From NCBI RefSeq assembly GCF_006345805.1, contig NC_043007.1, forward strand, positions 41,788,001 to 41,852,000: a DNA stretch of 64,000 nucleotides, read 5' to 3'. This DNA is from Octopus sinensis (lineage: Eukaryota). How positions within the stretch are numbered: position 1 is the stretch's first letter; every line of letters starts with the position of its first letter. Position numbers and translations under genes: made by a program. The notes beneath the pieces are model-generated. The model worked only from the letters and a program-made list of their open reading frames with translations. It did not search any database and was not told where the DNA came from. Shown in pieces: positions 34,899-48,940 of this stretch.

Positions 34899-37662
34899 TC
34901 CCAGCATAGGCTAGTCATTAGTGACTTTAGGCTCAAGGCCAGAAGGATACCAAGAAGCAGACCAATCCAAAAAAGAAGGATTTGGAAGTTAAAGTACCCT
35001 TCACATGGTCAGAGATTTAGGGACATCCTCATCAAGAAATTTGATGAAAGAGAGGAGGAGCTACAGGCATTGGACCTAGAAGGTAGCTGTAAATTCCTAC
35101 GGGACAGCTTGCTGACACCACAGACTAAGTCTGCGGATGGTGCAAAGTCCCTTCCAGACCTAGAGTTATGTGGCAGTTGAATATGTACTGTGGAATAGTA
35201 TAGTAGAGAAAACCATTAGAGCAAAGAAACAGGCCTGGAAAGCCTGTAAGGGTAGGGGTAGCAGAGAACTGTACCGGGTAGTCAAAAGGGAGGCTGGGCA
35301 GCAGATATACATAGCCAAGGGCGAAGCAGAAAAGAAGAAGTTTGCCAATGTCCAGCAACATGAGAACCAAAGAACTGAAGTATTCCAGATTGCAAGACAG
35401 TGTGTGAGAGAAAATTGTGACGTCATAGGAGAGAAATGTGTCTGCATGGATGATGGTGCACTTGCTTTTAATGATTCAGAAAAGAAAGAGACTTGGAGAA
35501 GCCATTATGAAAGACTTCTGAATGTGGAGAATGAATGGGAGGAGGAGAGCCTGCCAAATGTTGACCCAGTAGATGGACCAGCTATCTGAATAGACAGTTC
35601 CCTTGTAGATAAAGCAATTAAGGGTATGAAGCCAGGAACAGCTCCCGGCCCATCAGGAATCACTGCTGAGATGCTTAAAACATCTGGTGGTGTAGGTTAT
35701 GGCCTAGTCACCTGCATTGTAAACCAGGTAGTTCATGGAGTCATACCCAATGATTGGCATAGCAGCATCATAGTCAACTGCTACAAGGGTAAAGGTGATG
35801 CTCTAGATAGAAATAACTGCAGGGGTATCAAACTGCTGGATCAAGTGATAGAGCTCACAGAGAGGGTCATAGCCCATCTCATTAGGGAGAGAGTCTACTT
35901 AGATGAGATGCAGTTCGGTTTTGTGCTAGGTAGAAGAACCACTGATGCCACATTCCTGGTTCGACAACAGCAGGAGAAATACGTAGCTTTTGTGGACTTG
36001 GAGAAAGCCTTTGACAGGGTCCCCCCAATCCCTTATCTGGTGGACGATGCGGAAACTGGGGATAGGCCCTATACAGAGAGGCCGTTAGTAAGGTTAGGAT
36101 TGGCAATGAGTATAGTGAAGAATTCCAAGTAGGAGTAGGGGTCCACCAAGGTTCAACCCTCAGCCCCCTTTTATTTATCATAGTTCTCCAAGTAATAACA
36201 GAGGAATTCAAGATGGGTTGCCCCTGGGAGCTCCTCTATGCTGATGACCTGGCCCTCATAGCAGAATCACTACCAGAACTAGAAAAGAAATTTCAGGTGT
36301 GGAAGGAAGGTTTAGAATCAAAAGGCCTTAGAGTCAATGTAGCAAAGACCAAAGTTCTAGTAAGTAGGAAGGCGAAAACATCACACACCCCTTCAGGTAG
36401 GTGACCTTGCTCAATGTGTAGAAAAGGTGTAGGTAGAAACTCCATAAAATGCACCCAATGAAAGATGTATCCAGTGTAAGCTATGGACACATAAGAGGTG
36501 CAGCAACATCAAAGAAAGATTAACCGAGAAGATAGCTTTTATGTGCGGCAGATGCATAGGGGCAATAAACACCACATATGCTCAGAAAACAGATTCCATC
36601 ACACTCCAGGAGGAGAAATTAGAAGTATTTGATAGCTTCGCTACCTAGGTGATCAAGTTAGTAGTGGGGGTGGATACATAGAGTGTTACCACTAGAATAA
36701 TAATAGCCTGGGCAAAGTTTAGAAAGCTTCTACCCCTACTGGTGACAAAGGGCCTCTTGCTCAGAGTGAAAGGTAGATTGTACAATGCATGTGTGTGAAC
36801 TGCCATGCTTCATGGCAGTGAAATATGGGCCGTGACTGTGGAGGACATGCGTTGGCTCATCAGAATTGAAGCTAGCATGATCCGCTGGATGTGTAATGTC
36901 AGTGTGCACACAAGATAGAGTGTAAGTGCCATGAGAACACTTAAGAAGCATATAAGAAGCAAAGTATATGGCGTTCAAGAGGGACATTTGCACTGGTATG
37001 GTCATGTACTATAGATGGATGAGGAGAGATGTGTGGAGAAGTGCCACTCCCAAACAGTTGAAGGAATCCGGAGTAGAGGTAGACCCAGGAAGACATGGAA
37101 TGAGGTGGTCAAGCATGACCTTCGAACGTTGGGCCTCACAGAGGAAAGGATGAAAGGCCAAGACCTCTGGAGATATGCTATGACTGCGAAGATCTGGCAA
37201 ATAGAGTGAGTTCACAGCTGTATCCTACACCAGTTTCGTATAACCGGCCCCAGCCCATTCAAAAGTACCTTGGATTGTAGGGCGATCTGCTGTACTTGAG
37301 GAGACCTATTGAGTCAAGTACATCAACATCAAAATGAAGATCAAATGGAAATTGTAGTTGTGATACCTGTGCCAGTGGCATTTAAAAAACACCATCTGAA
37401 TGTGGCCAATGCCAGTGCCACCCTGACTGGCTTCCATGCCAGTGGCACATAAAAAGCACCAGCCAATCGTGGCCATTGCCAGCACGTAAAAAGCACCCAC
37501 TACACTCATGGAGTGGTTGGTGTTAGAAAGGGCATCCAGCTGTAGAAACACTACCAGATCAGACTGGAGCCTGGTGCAGCCTCCTGGTTTCCCAGACCTC
37601 GGTCAAACCGTCCAACCCATTCTAGCATGGAAACGGATGTTAAATGATGATGATGATGATGA
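34899..37662 (+). mobile_element. 5'-truncated, degenerate RTE-clade LINE
   Basis: APE tail HRLVISDF; RT motifs APGPSGI, AFVDLEKAFDRV, GVHQGSTLSP, LLYADDL; RSRGRPRKTW; 3' UTR ending (GAT)n; stops and frameshifts. Confidence 0.93.
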
Positions 37663-37919
37663 TATGTATGTATATGTTTGTGTGTGTGTGTTTGTCCCCA
37701 CATCATCATTGCTTGACAACTGATGTTGGTGTGATTATGGGGACATAAACACACCAAAAGCAAAAGAGATCAATAGAATAAGTACCAGGCTTACAACAAA
37801 TAAGTCTTAGGGTCAATTTGTTTGACTAAAGGTGATGCTCTAGCATGGCTCTAGCATTACTGAAACAAATAAAAGAATAAAAGAAAAGTATACATACATA
37901 AATATATATATATATATAT

Positions 37920-38460
37920 ATCATCATCATCGTTTAAAGTCCACTTTCCATGCTAGCATGAGTTGAACGATTTTGACTGAGGGCTGGCGGACCAGATGGC
38001 TGCCCCAGGCTCCAATCTTGATCTGGCAGAGTTTCTACAGCTGGATGCCCTTCCTAACGCCAACCACTCCGAGAGTGTAGTGGGTGCTTTTACATGCCAC
38101 TGGCATGGGGGCCAGTCAGGCGGTACTGGCAATAACCTTGCTCGAATCTTTTTACACATGCCACCAGCACAGGTGCCAGTAAGGTGATGATGGTAACGAT
38201 CATGCTCGAATGGTGCCTTTTACGTGCCACCGGACCGGTAGCCAGTTAGCCGCTCTGGCAACGATCACGCTCAGTTGGTGCTCTTAGCACCCTACTAGCA
38301 CGGGCACAAGTGCCAGTAAGGCGACGCTGGTAACGATCACGCTCGAATGGTACCTTTTATGTGCCACTGGCACGGAAGCCGGTTAGCCGCTCTGTCAACG
38401 ATCATGCTCGTATGATGCTCTTTTCACCCAGCTTTCACAGATGCCAATCATCAAATTTGA
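37920..38460 (-). mobile_element. RTE 3' UTR/tail fragment with internal ~60-bp tandem repeats (tails also ~1131, 5000, 13375, 40155, 53085)
   Basis: (CAT)n-tttaacgtcc...ccatgctagcatgg...ggatgcccttcctaacgcc, matching the tail of the 34899 LINE. Confidence 0.85.
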
Positions 38461-39915
38461 TTTTGATATCAATGAATTCCAACTTAGTCTCATTTTCATG
38501 TTTTAATATTTGCAATTTTTACTATTTTACAATTTTATAATATTGAAACAAACTAGTACTTTCATGCATTATGCAGTCACCAAATTTGTGTAGCGACAAT
38601 CATGTTCCACAATTGACAACTGTAGTGAATTGGTTGGATTTATCCTTTAAATACCCTCCGATGGGTTCCAGCAAGGTGAATCTTATGAACTGTATTTTGA
38701 CCAATTTGCATGTGACTTAAATGTGACAAGTTGGTGAGTGTGCCAGCTAAGTTCCAACTGTATTTCGACCAAACAATATATGGCTTAGACGTCACAATTT
38801 GGTAGGCATGTCAAGGATTTTTTACACCTAAAAGAATAATTGTTTGGCTATACTTTGAAATGTTGTAAACAACATTCCTGTTTACATTGAATTCTATTGT
38901 TACTCCAGAAAATTTTGCATTTCAATTAAGTCAATGTTCATATGGTCAACACTACTACCATCCTCCTATGATCTTTATTGTTGTTGTTAGTGGTGGCAGT
39001 GGTAGCAGTAGTACAGTAATAATAGCAGTATTATTTATTATTATTATTATTATTATTACCACCATTAATTACAATAATGGTCTATTTAGAACAGGTTCGA
39101 ATTTATCAATAAAATTCTTGGATCTTTTCTGTTTGGTTGCCAGCAGTAATTTTCTGTTTGAATTGATTTCTTATTCAGTGTAATGATACTCTTTTATACG
39201 CTAATTAAGGAAGTGAAAGTAATTTTTGCTATAAGTCAATAAATAAAGAGTTATTAGTAATTAAAGTTTGAAAATTTTGGTAATTTTATCTAATCGTAAG
39301 CCACAGACACATTCATGTCTGTTTTGATAGTAACTTGAGAACTCTTTTGCCTGTTGCCATAGTAACAGTCTTTGAAAAGTCTGTGAAGAAACACATGTTG
39401 ACAGCAGTCTTGTTTCCTCATTTCTTTATGACATTGAGCATTGAGGTGGTTGTGAGGTGTGCTAAAAATAACAGCTAAATAAGATATTTTAAATAAATCT
39501 TTTAAATTAAAGTTTATTTACCAACATCTCACTCAGAGATTTAAAACTAACTGCTTTTCTCTTTTAAATTAACATTTATTTACATGAAAGAAAATTACCA
39601 GAGAACCTTCATGCTAAAAATAACAGCTAAATAAGATTTATTTACATAAAAGAAAATTACCAGAGACATAACAGGTGTTGTTTCCAAATATTGACAACAC
39701 ATGCTATTTTCAGGATGTTGACGATAAAATGTGCATTCAGACACAAAATGACAGCACAAAATCCTGTTTCCTGACTGGGTGAAAATGGTCAAACTTTAAA
39801 CCTCTATAACTTTTTAAAAACATTTTTCTGGAAAAAACAAAATAGCTCCCGTAATTCAGTTTGGGCAAGTGTATTACTGTGCCAAATTTTAAACTTTTCG
39901 GTATACTTTAATTTT

Positions 39916-40140
39916 TTAGCTGCTGGCAACCAAATAGAAAAGATCCAAGTTCTTTTCTCTGACTTTTCTCTCAGTTTTACATGAGTTGTGTAGTTTGTAG
40001 AATAGGAATATTATAAACTGACCACATGTTGCCAGATGGTTGCTTAAAAGTATCTGATGGACATAAGGGTCCTTAATTTGCTGTTGGCGCACACTTGAAT
40101 GTTTTGCTAATGCATTCCCAGTCTGACCAATGTATATCTC
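39916..40140 (-). mobile_element. PLE GIY-YIG endonuclease fragment
   Basis: YIGQTGNAL...QQI...LSNHLATC...RKVRE; short inverted copy at ~39115-39150. Confidence 0.6.
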
Positions 40141-42042
40141 TTTATATATATATATCATCATCATCGTTTAACGTCCGCTTTCCATGCTGGCATGAGCTGG
40201 ATGATTTGACTGAGGAGTGGCAAGACAGATGGCTGCACCAGGCTCCAATCTGATCTGGCAAAGTTTCTACAGCTGGATGCCCTTCCTAACGCCAACCACT
40301 CCAAGGGTGTAGTGGGTGCTTTTACATGCCACCGGCACGAGGGCCAGTCAGGTGGTACTGGCAATGGCCATGCTCAAATGGTGTTTCTTACATGCCACCT
40401 GCACAAGAGTCAGTCCAGTGGCACTGGCAATGACCTCACTTGAATGTTGTTTTTCATGTGCCAGTAACGTGATGCTGGTAATGCTCATGCTCAAATGGTA
40501 CTTTTTACGTGCCACTAGCACAGGAGTCAGTCAGTGGCCCTGGCAACAATCACACTCTGATGGTCCTCTTAACGTTCCACAAGCATCAATGCCAGACAGG
40601 CGGTGCTGTCATCGGCCATGTCAGCGAATTTGATATTGATTTCACTTGCCTCAACAGGTCTTCTCAAGCAGAGTTTAGTGTCCAATGAAAGAAAGGTACA
40701 CATAAGCAGGTTGGTTACACCAGTGGTATAGGCCATGAGGTTATGGTTTCACTTGGCTTGCTGGGTCTTCTCAAGTACAGCATATTTCCAAAGATCTCGG
40801 TCACTAGTCATTGCCTCGGTGAGGTCTAATGTTCACTACTTCATCCCAGGTCTTCCTGGGTCTACCTCTTCCACAGGTTCCCTCAACCTCTAGGGTGTGA
40901 CACTTTTTCCACACAGCTATCCTCATCCATTCTCACCAACTCTTCTCTCAAGGTACTTACACTCTGTTGTGTATATATATGTATATATGTATTTATGTAT
41001 ATATATATACATATACACATATATATACATATATATATGTATATATATGTGTGTGTGTGTGTGTGTATACGTATGCATTTGCACCACAGGATGCTCCTGA
41101 ACTAATTGTTGAGTGTCCCACCCATGAGGATGTGTCGAAACAATTGTCATGATTCACACACACACACAAAGATATATAATACATATCTTGAGAGTTGGAG
41201 CCTTGTGTCTATTTTAGAAATAATTATTATCTCTTTGACTTTTTACATGTGTTCACTGCGTCATGAGATACCCTGCTATGCCAAGCAAAGTAGGGTATCT
41301 GATGTCACAGATATTATTGGTGGTTAGGTTGACTGGTAATCTTAATAAAGCTGATATTTATTATTAATTGTTTGTAAGCAGTGATTTATCTGTTGCGTAA
41401 TTTATGGGTAATTAAGGTTGTAGTCCACCATTTCAAATATTGGGCCCTATGTCTCTGAAAGAAGTTATGGGTGTATCTATATTGTTTGGAAGGAAATTCA
41501 CAATTGACTTTCTCTGGAGACAAGTTTAATACTGAAGGATTCCTGCTTTAAACCATTTATAATTAAATATCAGAATTTAAAAAAAGAATTAAATCATTTG
41601 TACTATCTGGAATTAGTTCACAATTAGCTGAAGTAAAAGACTGTCTTTTCCTTAAAAGCATATTAGTTCAGGAAAATTGTTGGCTCTTTGAGAATAACCC
41701 CCTTTCCAACTGGAGTTGGTTGCAATTGCTTTTAGGTGTTTATTCATCGCTTTTGAAGCAAATTTAGTTTCCATAATTATATTTACTATAGTTTTCCTGT
41801 CTTTGTTATCCAAATTCATGCCACCAACCACTCTAAGTCATTTCTCTTAACTCATGTACATTATATGTATTATTTTATACACACACACACACACACAGAT
41901 ATTAATATTTAGCAGAAGTAACAAGGTGACTTAAGGTCTGAGGGTTTCATGCAATGGCATCGCTCTGTTCCTTTGGCTAAATATTAATAAAAATATACAT
42001 ATACTCATTTTGAGCTCTATTATACCTGTTTCCATTGCCATA

Positions 42043-44885
42043 TCATCATCATCATCATTTAACGTCCATTGTCCACGCTAGCATGGGTTGGACAGTTTGA
42101 CTGGGTTGGCACATTGGAAGGCTGCATCAGACTCCAGTCTCATTTGGCATGAATTTCTACGGCTGGATGCCCTTCCTAATGCCAACCACTCTGAGAGTGT
42201 AATGGGTGCTTTTATGTGCCACCAGTATGGGTGCCATCTGTGTGACACCAGTGTGTGTTTACATGTCACTGGCATGGGTGCCAATTTGTGTGTATCAGTA
42301 TCTGCTACGATTGCACTTTTGCTCAGCTTGATGGATCTTCTTCCCAAGCACGACATAATGCCAAATATCTTGATCATTGCCTCCATGAGGCTCAATGCTC
42401 AAAAGGAACTCAGCCACTTTGCCTCTGTGAGTACCAACATTCGAAAGATATTCCTTACATACCATAAGCACGGATACACTTGGCCTCATAGGTCCTCTCA
42501 AGCACAGCACATTGCTAAAGGTCTCAGTCACCAGTTATTGCATCTGTGAGGCTCTAAGTTCAAAGATTGTACTTCACCATCCCATCCCATGTTTTCTTGA
42601 ATTTACCTCTACCACAGGTTCCTTCCACAGTTAAAGATCAGCTGCCCTCGTCCACACACATCACATGATCATACCAGTGCAGTTGAATCTCTTGCACACT
42701 GCATCTGATTTCTCTTGTGTCTAACTTTTCTCTCAAGATGCTCACACACTGTCAAACATGCACACTGACATTGCACATCCAGCAAAGTATACTATCTTCA
42801 TTTCTTTCAAGACTATGCATATCCTCGGCTGTCATAGCCCTTGTTTCACTGCCATGCAGCATAGCTGTAAGCACACAGGCATCAAGCAATCTGCTTTCAC
42901 TCTGAGAGAAAGGCCCTTTGTTGCCAGCAGTGATAGGAGCTCTCTGAACTTTGCCCAGCCTAATCTTATTCCCACAGCTACACTCTTGATGCATCCACCT
43001 CCACTGTTAACTTGGTCACCTAGATAATGGAAGCTATCTACTACCTTTAGTGTGTGCCCCTAGCAGTTGATGGGGTCTATTTTCTGCACATTTTCAGTGT
43101 TTATTGTACCTGTGCACCTTCCACATACAAAAGTTAGTTTCCCTGTTAGCCTTCCTCTGATGTTGCTGCACCTTTTATGCATCCAAAGCTTACATTGGGT
43201 GCATTTTATGGAGTTTCTACCAACACCTTTTCTACAGATTGAGCAGGGCCATCTACCTGAAGAGATTTGTGATTTGTCTATCTTCCTACTTTCTATAACT
43301 TTGGTTTTTGATAGGTTAACTGTAAGGCCCTTTGATACTAGACCTTGCTTCCACATCTGTAACTTCTCTAGTTCTGGTAGTGATTCAGCTATAAGAACAG
43401 GTTATCAGCATAGAGGAGCTCCCAGGGGCAGCCTGTTTTGAATCCCTCTGTTATTACCTGGAGGACTATGATGAACAAGAGGGGGATGAGCACCAATCCT
43501 TGGTGAACCCTTACTTGTACCCTGAATTCTTCACTGTACTCATTGCCCACTCTCACCTTACTGGTATCGTCCCTGTACAAGGCTTTTATGGCTCTCACCA
43601 ACCACTTGTCTATCCTTAGTTTCTGCATTGCCCATCCGATAAGGGATCAGGGGACTTTGTCAAGAGTTTTCTCCAGTCAACAAAAGCCAATTACAGAGGT
43701 TTATCTTTGGCTAGGTATTTCTCCTGCAGTTGTCTTACCAGAAATATAACATCAGTAATGCTTCTACCTGTCACAAAACAAAACTGCGTCTTATCTAGAC
43801 TAACTCTCTCCCTAATTAGTTGGACTATGACACTATCCACAACTTTAATCACCTGATCCAACAATTTGATACCTCTGTAATTATTTCTAAGGCATCACCT
43901 ATACCTTTGTAGCAGTTGACTATGGTGCTGCTATGTGAGTCATTGGGTATGACTCCTTCATGAACCACCTGATTTACAATACGGGTGACTAGACCATAAC
44001 CCACACTACCAGATATTTTAAGCATTTCAGCAGTGATTCTTGATGGGCCAGGGGCTTTCCCTATCTTCATATCCTTAATTGCTTTATCTACCAGGGTAGC
44101 TGGTCCCTCAATTGGGTCAACATTTGGTAGACTCTCCTCCTCCCATTCATTCTCCACATTCAGCAGTCTTTCATAATGGCATCTCCAAGCCTCTTTCTTT
44201 GCAGACTCATCAAAAAGAAGTGCACTATCATCTCTCCTGTGGCATCACAATTTTCTCTCACACAATGCCTTGCAATCCGAAATACTTCAGTTCTTTGGTC
44301 CTCGTGATGCTGAACATAGGCCAACTTCTTCTTTTCTGCTAGATATACCTGTCTCCAGGCTCCCCTTCTGGCTATCTGATACAGTTCCCTGCTGCCCCCA
44401 CTCTTCCAGGCCTGTTTCTTTGCTCTAATGGCCCTGTCCACAGTATTGTTCCACCACCACATTATCCTGGAAGCGATTTTGCACCAGCCACAGATTTGGT
44501 TTGTGGCACTCAGCAAGCTGTCTCACAGGAATTCCCACTTGCCCTCTATGTCACAAGTTTGTAGCTCTTCCTCCCTCTCATCAAATATCTCAATTAGGAT
44601 GTAACCTAAATCTCTGACCATATGAAGGGTCCTTAAGCTTCCAAATCCTTTTTTTCCAAATTGGTCCTTCTGGCTTGAAGTCTAAAGTCACTAACCACTA
44701 GTCTATGCTGAGTAGTACATTCTTCACCAGGGAAGGTCTTTGTATTTAAGAGCAGCCATGAATCCCACTGCCTGGGGAGAAGGAAATCGATCTGGCTTGC
44801 AGAGTCACCTGATTGATAGTTTATCAGGTGGCTGGCTGGCTTCCTGAAGTTGGTATTGCAGATCAAAAGGTTATTTGCATCATCC
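42043..44885 (-). mobile_element. Second degenerate RTE-clade LINE, same family, opposite orientation
   Basis: NTNFRKP...QIDFLL...HRLVVSDF, APGPSRI, VHQG, LLYAD, same 3' tail. Confidence 0.92.
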
Positions 44886-44912
44886 ATACGTATATATATA
44901 TATCATCATCAT

Positions 44913-44974
<62 letters not shown>

Positions 44975-45124
44975 TATTCAAAATGTATAGAATTAAATCT
45001 TCATCACAGTTGAGCTTAACAATCAGTTTCGTGTAAAGAATACAATGGAGCATTAGGTAACAATCTGATTTTACATTCATCAGAGTTAGCTGATATGGAA
45101 GAGAACATGGTGATAGGAAAAGGA

Positions 45125-45158
<34 letters not shown>

Positions 45159-45594
45159 TATATATATATAATGAAGTTTGCTTCCCAACTACATGATTCT
45201 GGGCTTAGTCCCACTACATGACACCTTGGGCAAGTGTCTTCTACAATAGCCTTGGACCAACCAAAGCCTTGTGAGTGGAATTGGTTGGGGAAAACTGGAA
45301 TGAGCCAGTCATATATACATGCATATGTTTATGTCTGCATGTGTCCGTTTTTGTCCCATCCACCACCATCATCACTTGACAACCACACCAACATCACTTG
45401 GCAACTGATGTTAGTGTGTTTACATCCCTGAAACTTAGTGATTCAGCAAAAGAGACCGATAGGATAAGTACTAGGCTTGCAAGGAATAAGTCATGGGGTT
45501 GATTTCTTCAACTAAAGGCAGTGCTCCAGCATGGCTGCTGTCAAATGATTAAAACAAGTAAAAGAATAAAAGAATATATATATATGTATATGTA

Positions 45595-45900
45595 TCCAAT
45601 TTGAGGTAAAATCCAGGCTACATATGTTGTCTAGCTAGCAGAATCTTGGAAGTAATAATTACTCAATGAGGGGTACTCCACTAGCTACTCATCAGGCCAA
45701 AGATACCTTATCATTAGGAGGCACATGTTAACACACAGAGTATTCAATCAGATTTATCTTCATACTGTCAAGATAACCTTGGCCTGAAGAGTGACCTATG
45801 ATATACATCTTTCTTGGATATTTACTACTTCCAAGGTTCTGCTCACTATGAAATATATGTAACCCAGGCTTTATCTACTCCATTCCTTAACTCTTGGATA
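45595..45900. repeat. Diverged fold-back with an HHR in each arm
   Basis: Minus 45698-45616 ggc CTGATGA gtagctag..ctagcta GA(c)AA catatg TA gcc; plus 45781-45864 ggc CTGAAGA gtga..tcac.. GAAA tatatg TA acc. Confidence 0.7.
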
Positions 45901-46559
45901 TCTAGTTTATATAATCACAGTATGTGTGTGTATAATGACTAACACATACATTTCCACAATTCTCAATCAATTTTCACCAAACTTTACACACACACATTAC
46001 TTATGTCCCAAGGATGGTCTTGCACTTATAACATTTTGCCTAAAGTTCCTGCATATATGAACGTAAATGGACATATTTTTTTTGTATGTAGGGTCTTCCA
46101 TACTTTTTTAATTGTTTTTTTTATAAAAGTGGAAGGATTTTTTCTATTTATTTATTTCCACTGTCTACCAGTGATGGTGATTAAACTGACTAGGGATGCT
46201 GAACACATACATTTCCACAATTCTCAACTGATTTTCACCAAACTTTACACACACATTACTTATGTTCCAAGGATGGTCAGGTACTAAATATTTGGCCCAG
46301 AGTTCCCATGTAAACAGACATAAATGGACATAGTTTTTGTATGTAGGATCTTCTGTATTTTTTTAATCTTTTTATAAAAGTGAAAAGATTTTCTCTATTT
46401 ATTTCGACTGTCCACCTGCGACAGTTATTAAATTGATTAGGAACACTGTATACAATGTATGTCCAATACCAAACAATCTAAATTTCCATATTTAAACTGC
46501 ATTAATCTTTGGCAAGCTTACATTTACCTATTCTGAGTTACTTGAAAGATGATGTTCCC

Positions 46560-47110
46560 TTCCTAAAATTGTCGATTACATCCCCCTTGTTTGGGTCCTT
46601 TCTGATCAGTACCACCACTCCCTGACTCACAGACACAGGAATACTCCCATTCTGCTACCAGTTATTGAAGACACAGGCCAACAGGTGCCCAAACAAGTCT
46701 GGTATAGTATAATATAATTCATAGGGGAGACCATCACAACCCAGTGACTTGTCCCCCACCACACTCCAACAATGCCTCCTCCACTTCTGCAGCTGTGATT
46801 GGCCCTTCACAGGACTCTGCCTCCCTCTGCAAGAGGCACGGCAGACTGGCAAAGAAGTTCATGAGGTCCTCTCTACATTCTGGCCCATTGCTTCCCCCTT
46901 CCCTTGAAACAGCCTGGCAAAATGCTGGTGTAAGGCCATACACATCTCCTCAGGTTCAGATACTGTTTGCTCCTGGTGGTTCGTCAAAGACCTTAATGGG
47001 GCATTACTGTGACACTGAGACTCTACCACATGAGCCCATCTGGTGGTATTGATACCCACTTGGTCCATTACACATATCTTAGCTCTGACTCTGCAACACT
47101 TGAACTGCCG
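46560..47110 (-). mobile_element. Tx1/L1-like LINE remnant
   Basis: GPITAAEV...KSLGCDGLPYELY...GVVVLIRK. Confidence 0.7.
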
Positions 47111-47199
47111 GCTACTTCAGACCACTACTAATCCCAACTATTCTCATCAGAGATTGTCGTAATCTTGCCACAACAATATGTATGCATGTGTGTGTGTGT

Positions 47200-47236
<37 letters not shown>

Positions 47237-47732
47237 CTATGTATGTATGTACAGCTGTGTGTGAGTATGTACTTTATCTTCATGTCGTGCAATCTTTGTA
47301 AATAAAAAACTCATTTCCAGCTCTCTGCACAACAATATCAGAGACATCTGTTGTTTGATAGATTAAGGAATTATTACATTGCTTGGAAACAGTTGTCTCA
47401 ACATAATCTCATCTACTCAATCAAATCAAGAAAAAAGTATATTAAAACAATGACAAGGATTACGATAACGATGATGATGATGATGATGATGATGATGCTA
47501 TACATACATGCATATGTGTGTGCGTGTGTGTGCATTTGTGTGTGTGCATGTGTGTGTATTTATGTGTAGGCGTGTGTGTGTGTGTGTGTGCGTGTCATTC
47601 AATTTTATTTCAAGATTTCTTACCAATAGAGAAAGAGCCAGTTCCTAACTTAGATCCAAAACTCCTTTATTGGAATTTCAACATCTACAGGGTATATTTG
47701 TATGTATATATGTATGTATGTATGTATGTATG

Positions 47733-48940
47733 TACTCGAAGGAGATATTTCCGAAGTGTTGTATTACTCTTGAATACTGTCCTGATGTCCATTATCATCA
47801 ATATTAGTCAATATATACATGGAATACTTTGAGAATTTGGCTTTAGGATCAACACCACTAAAACCAACCCTATGGCTGCGATATGTTGATGACACCTTTA
47901 TACTCTGGCTCCACTAGGAAGATGTCCAAGCACTGTTAGATCATGTAAGCTCAATAAAGCCATCCATGCAGTCCACAATGGAAAAGGAAAAAGACAATCA
48001 GCTAGCATTTCTGGACATATTAATCACACGTACCAAGTATGGATCCAGGACATCTATATACCACAAGCCAACCTTCACTAGACGATGCCTCAACTTCAAT
48101 TCCCACCATCCATAAAGTGTAAAGGGAGGGATTGCTCAGTGCCTAAAACATTGAGCAAAGAATATAAGTAGCAATCCTGATACACACCACAAAGAAATGA
48201 TCAAGCTCAGTAATAATCTATGAAGCAACAACTACCCCAAAAACATATTATCCACTCCAATTATGAAGAGAAACCCATAAACTGAGCATAGTCTGTCTAC
48301 CCTATGTGAAAGGCCTCTCCGAAAAGTTACAAAAGATAAGCGGCCCATATGACATCAGGACAGTATTCAAGAGTAATACAACCCTTCGGAAATATCTCCT
48401 TTGAGTAAAACCACCAATAGAAGAGAATATGACCAAAGACTGTGTGTACTCTCTCACATGCAGCTGTAGTACGTTATACAAAGGTGAAACATGCCACCCA
48501 CTCAAAATAAGGGTAGAGGAACATCACAAAGCTGTGACATGAGGAGATATTGATAAATTAGGTATAGTTGATCATGTATGGAAAAACAGAGACCACCTCC
48601 CCCTGTGGGATGAAGTTAAAATAATAGACAGAGAACAAAAACTAAAAGAAACAGCACACATGCTGGGACATAATAACCTCCTAAGCAGACCTAGTGCAGA
48701 TATGAGTAGCATATGGGAACTGGTATTAAAGAAGGATAGGAAAATATTAGATTTATAAACCCTAAAATTCACAACATAATTGCCCACGGGCATATAGCAT
48801 AGTGGTTAAGACACGGGCTACTAACCTCAAGATTCTGAGTTCGATTCCAGGCAGTGACCTGAATGATCATGATGATGGTGATGTTGATGATGATAATGAC
48901 ATCGAAAAATACCTTAGGAATGAGAACCTAGGTTCGAAAT
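47733..48940 (+). mobile_element. Penelope-like element (RT + GIY-YIG), 5'-truncated with inverted 5' piece and tRNA-like 3' repeat
   Basis: PLSSILVNIYME, WLRYVDDTF, LAFLDI, LNFNSHHP, LPYVKGLSEKL, CVYSLTCSC..YKGET..RVEEH; stops present; ORF ends ~48757. Confidence 0.9.

Noticed and set aside
41200-41830. Non-repetitive stretch that looked possibly coding
   Set aside because: Stops in the frames read and no recognisable motif; probably an old TE remnant.
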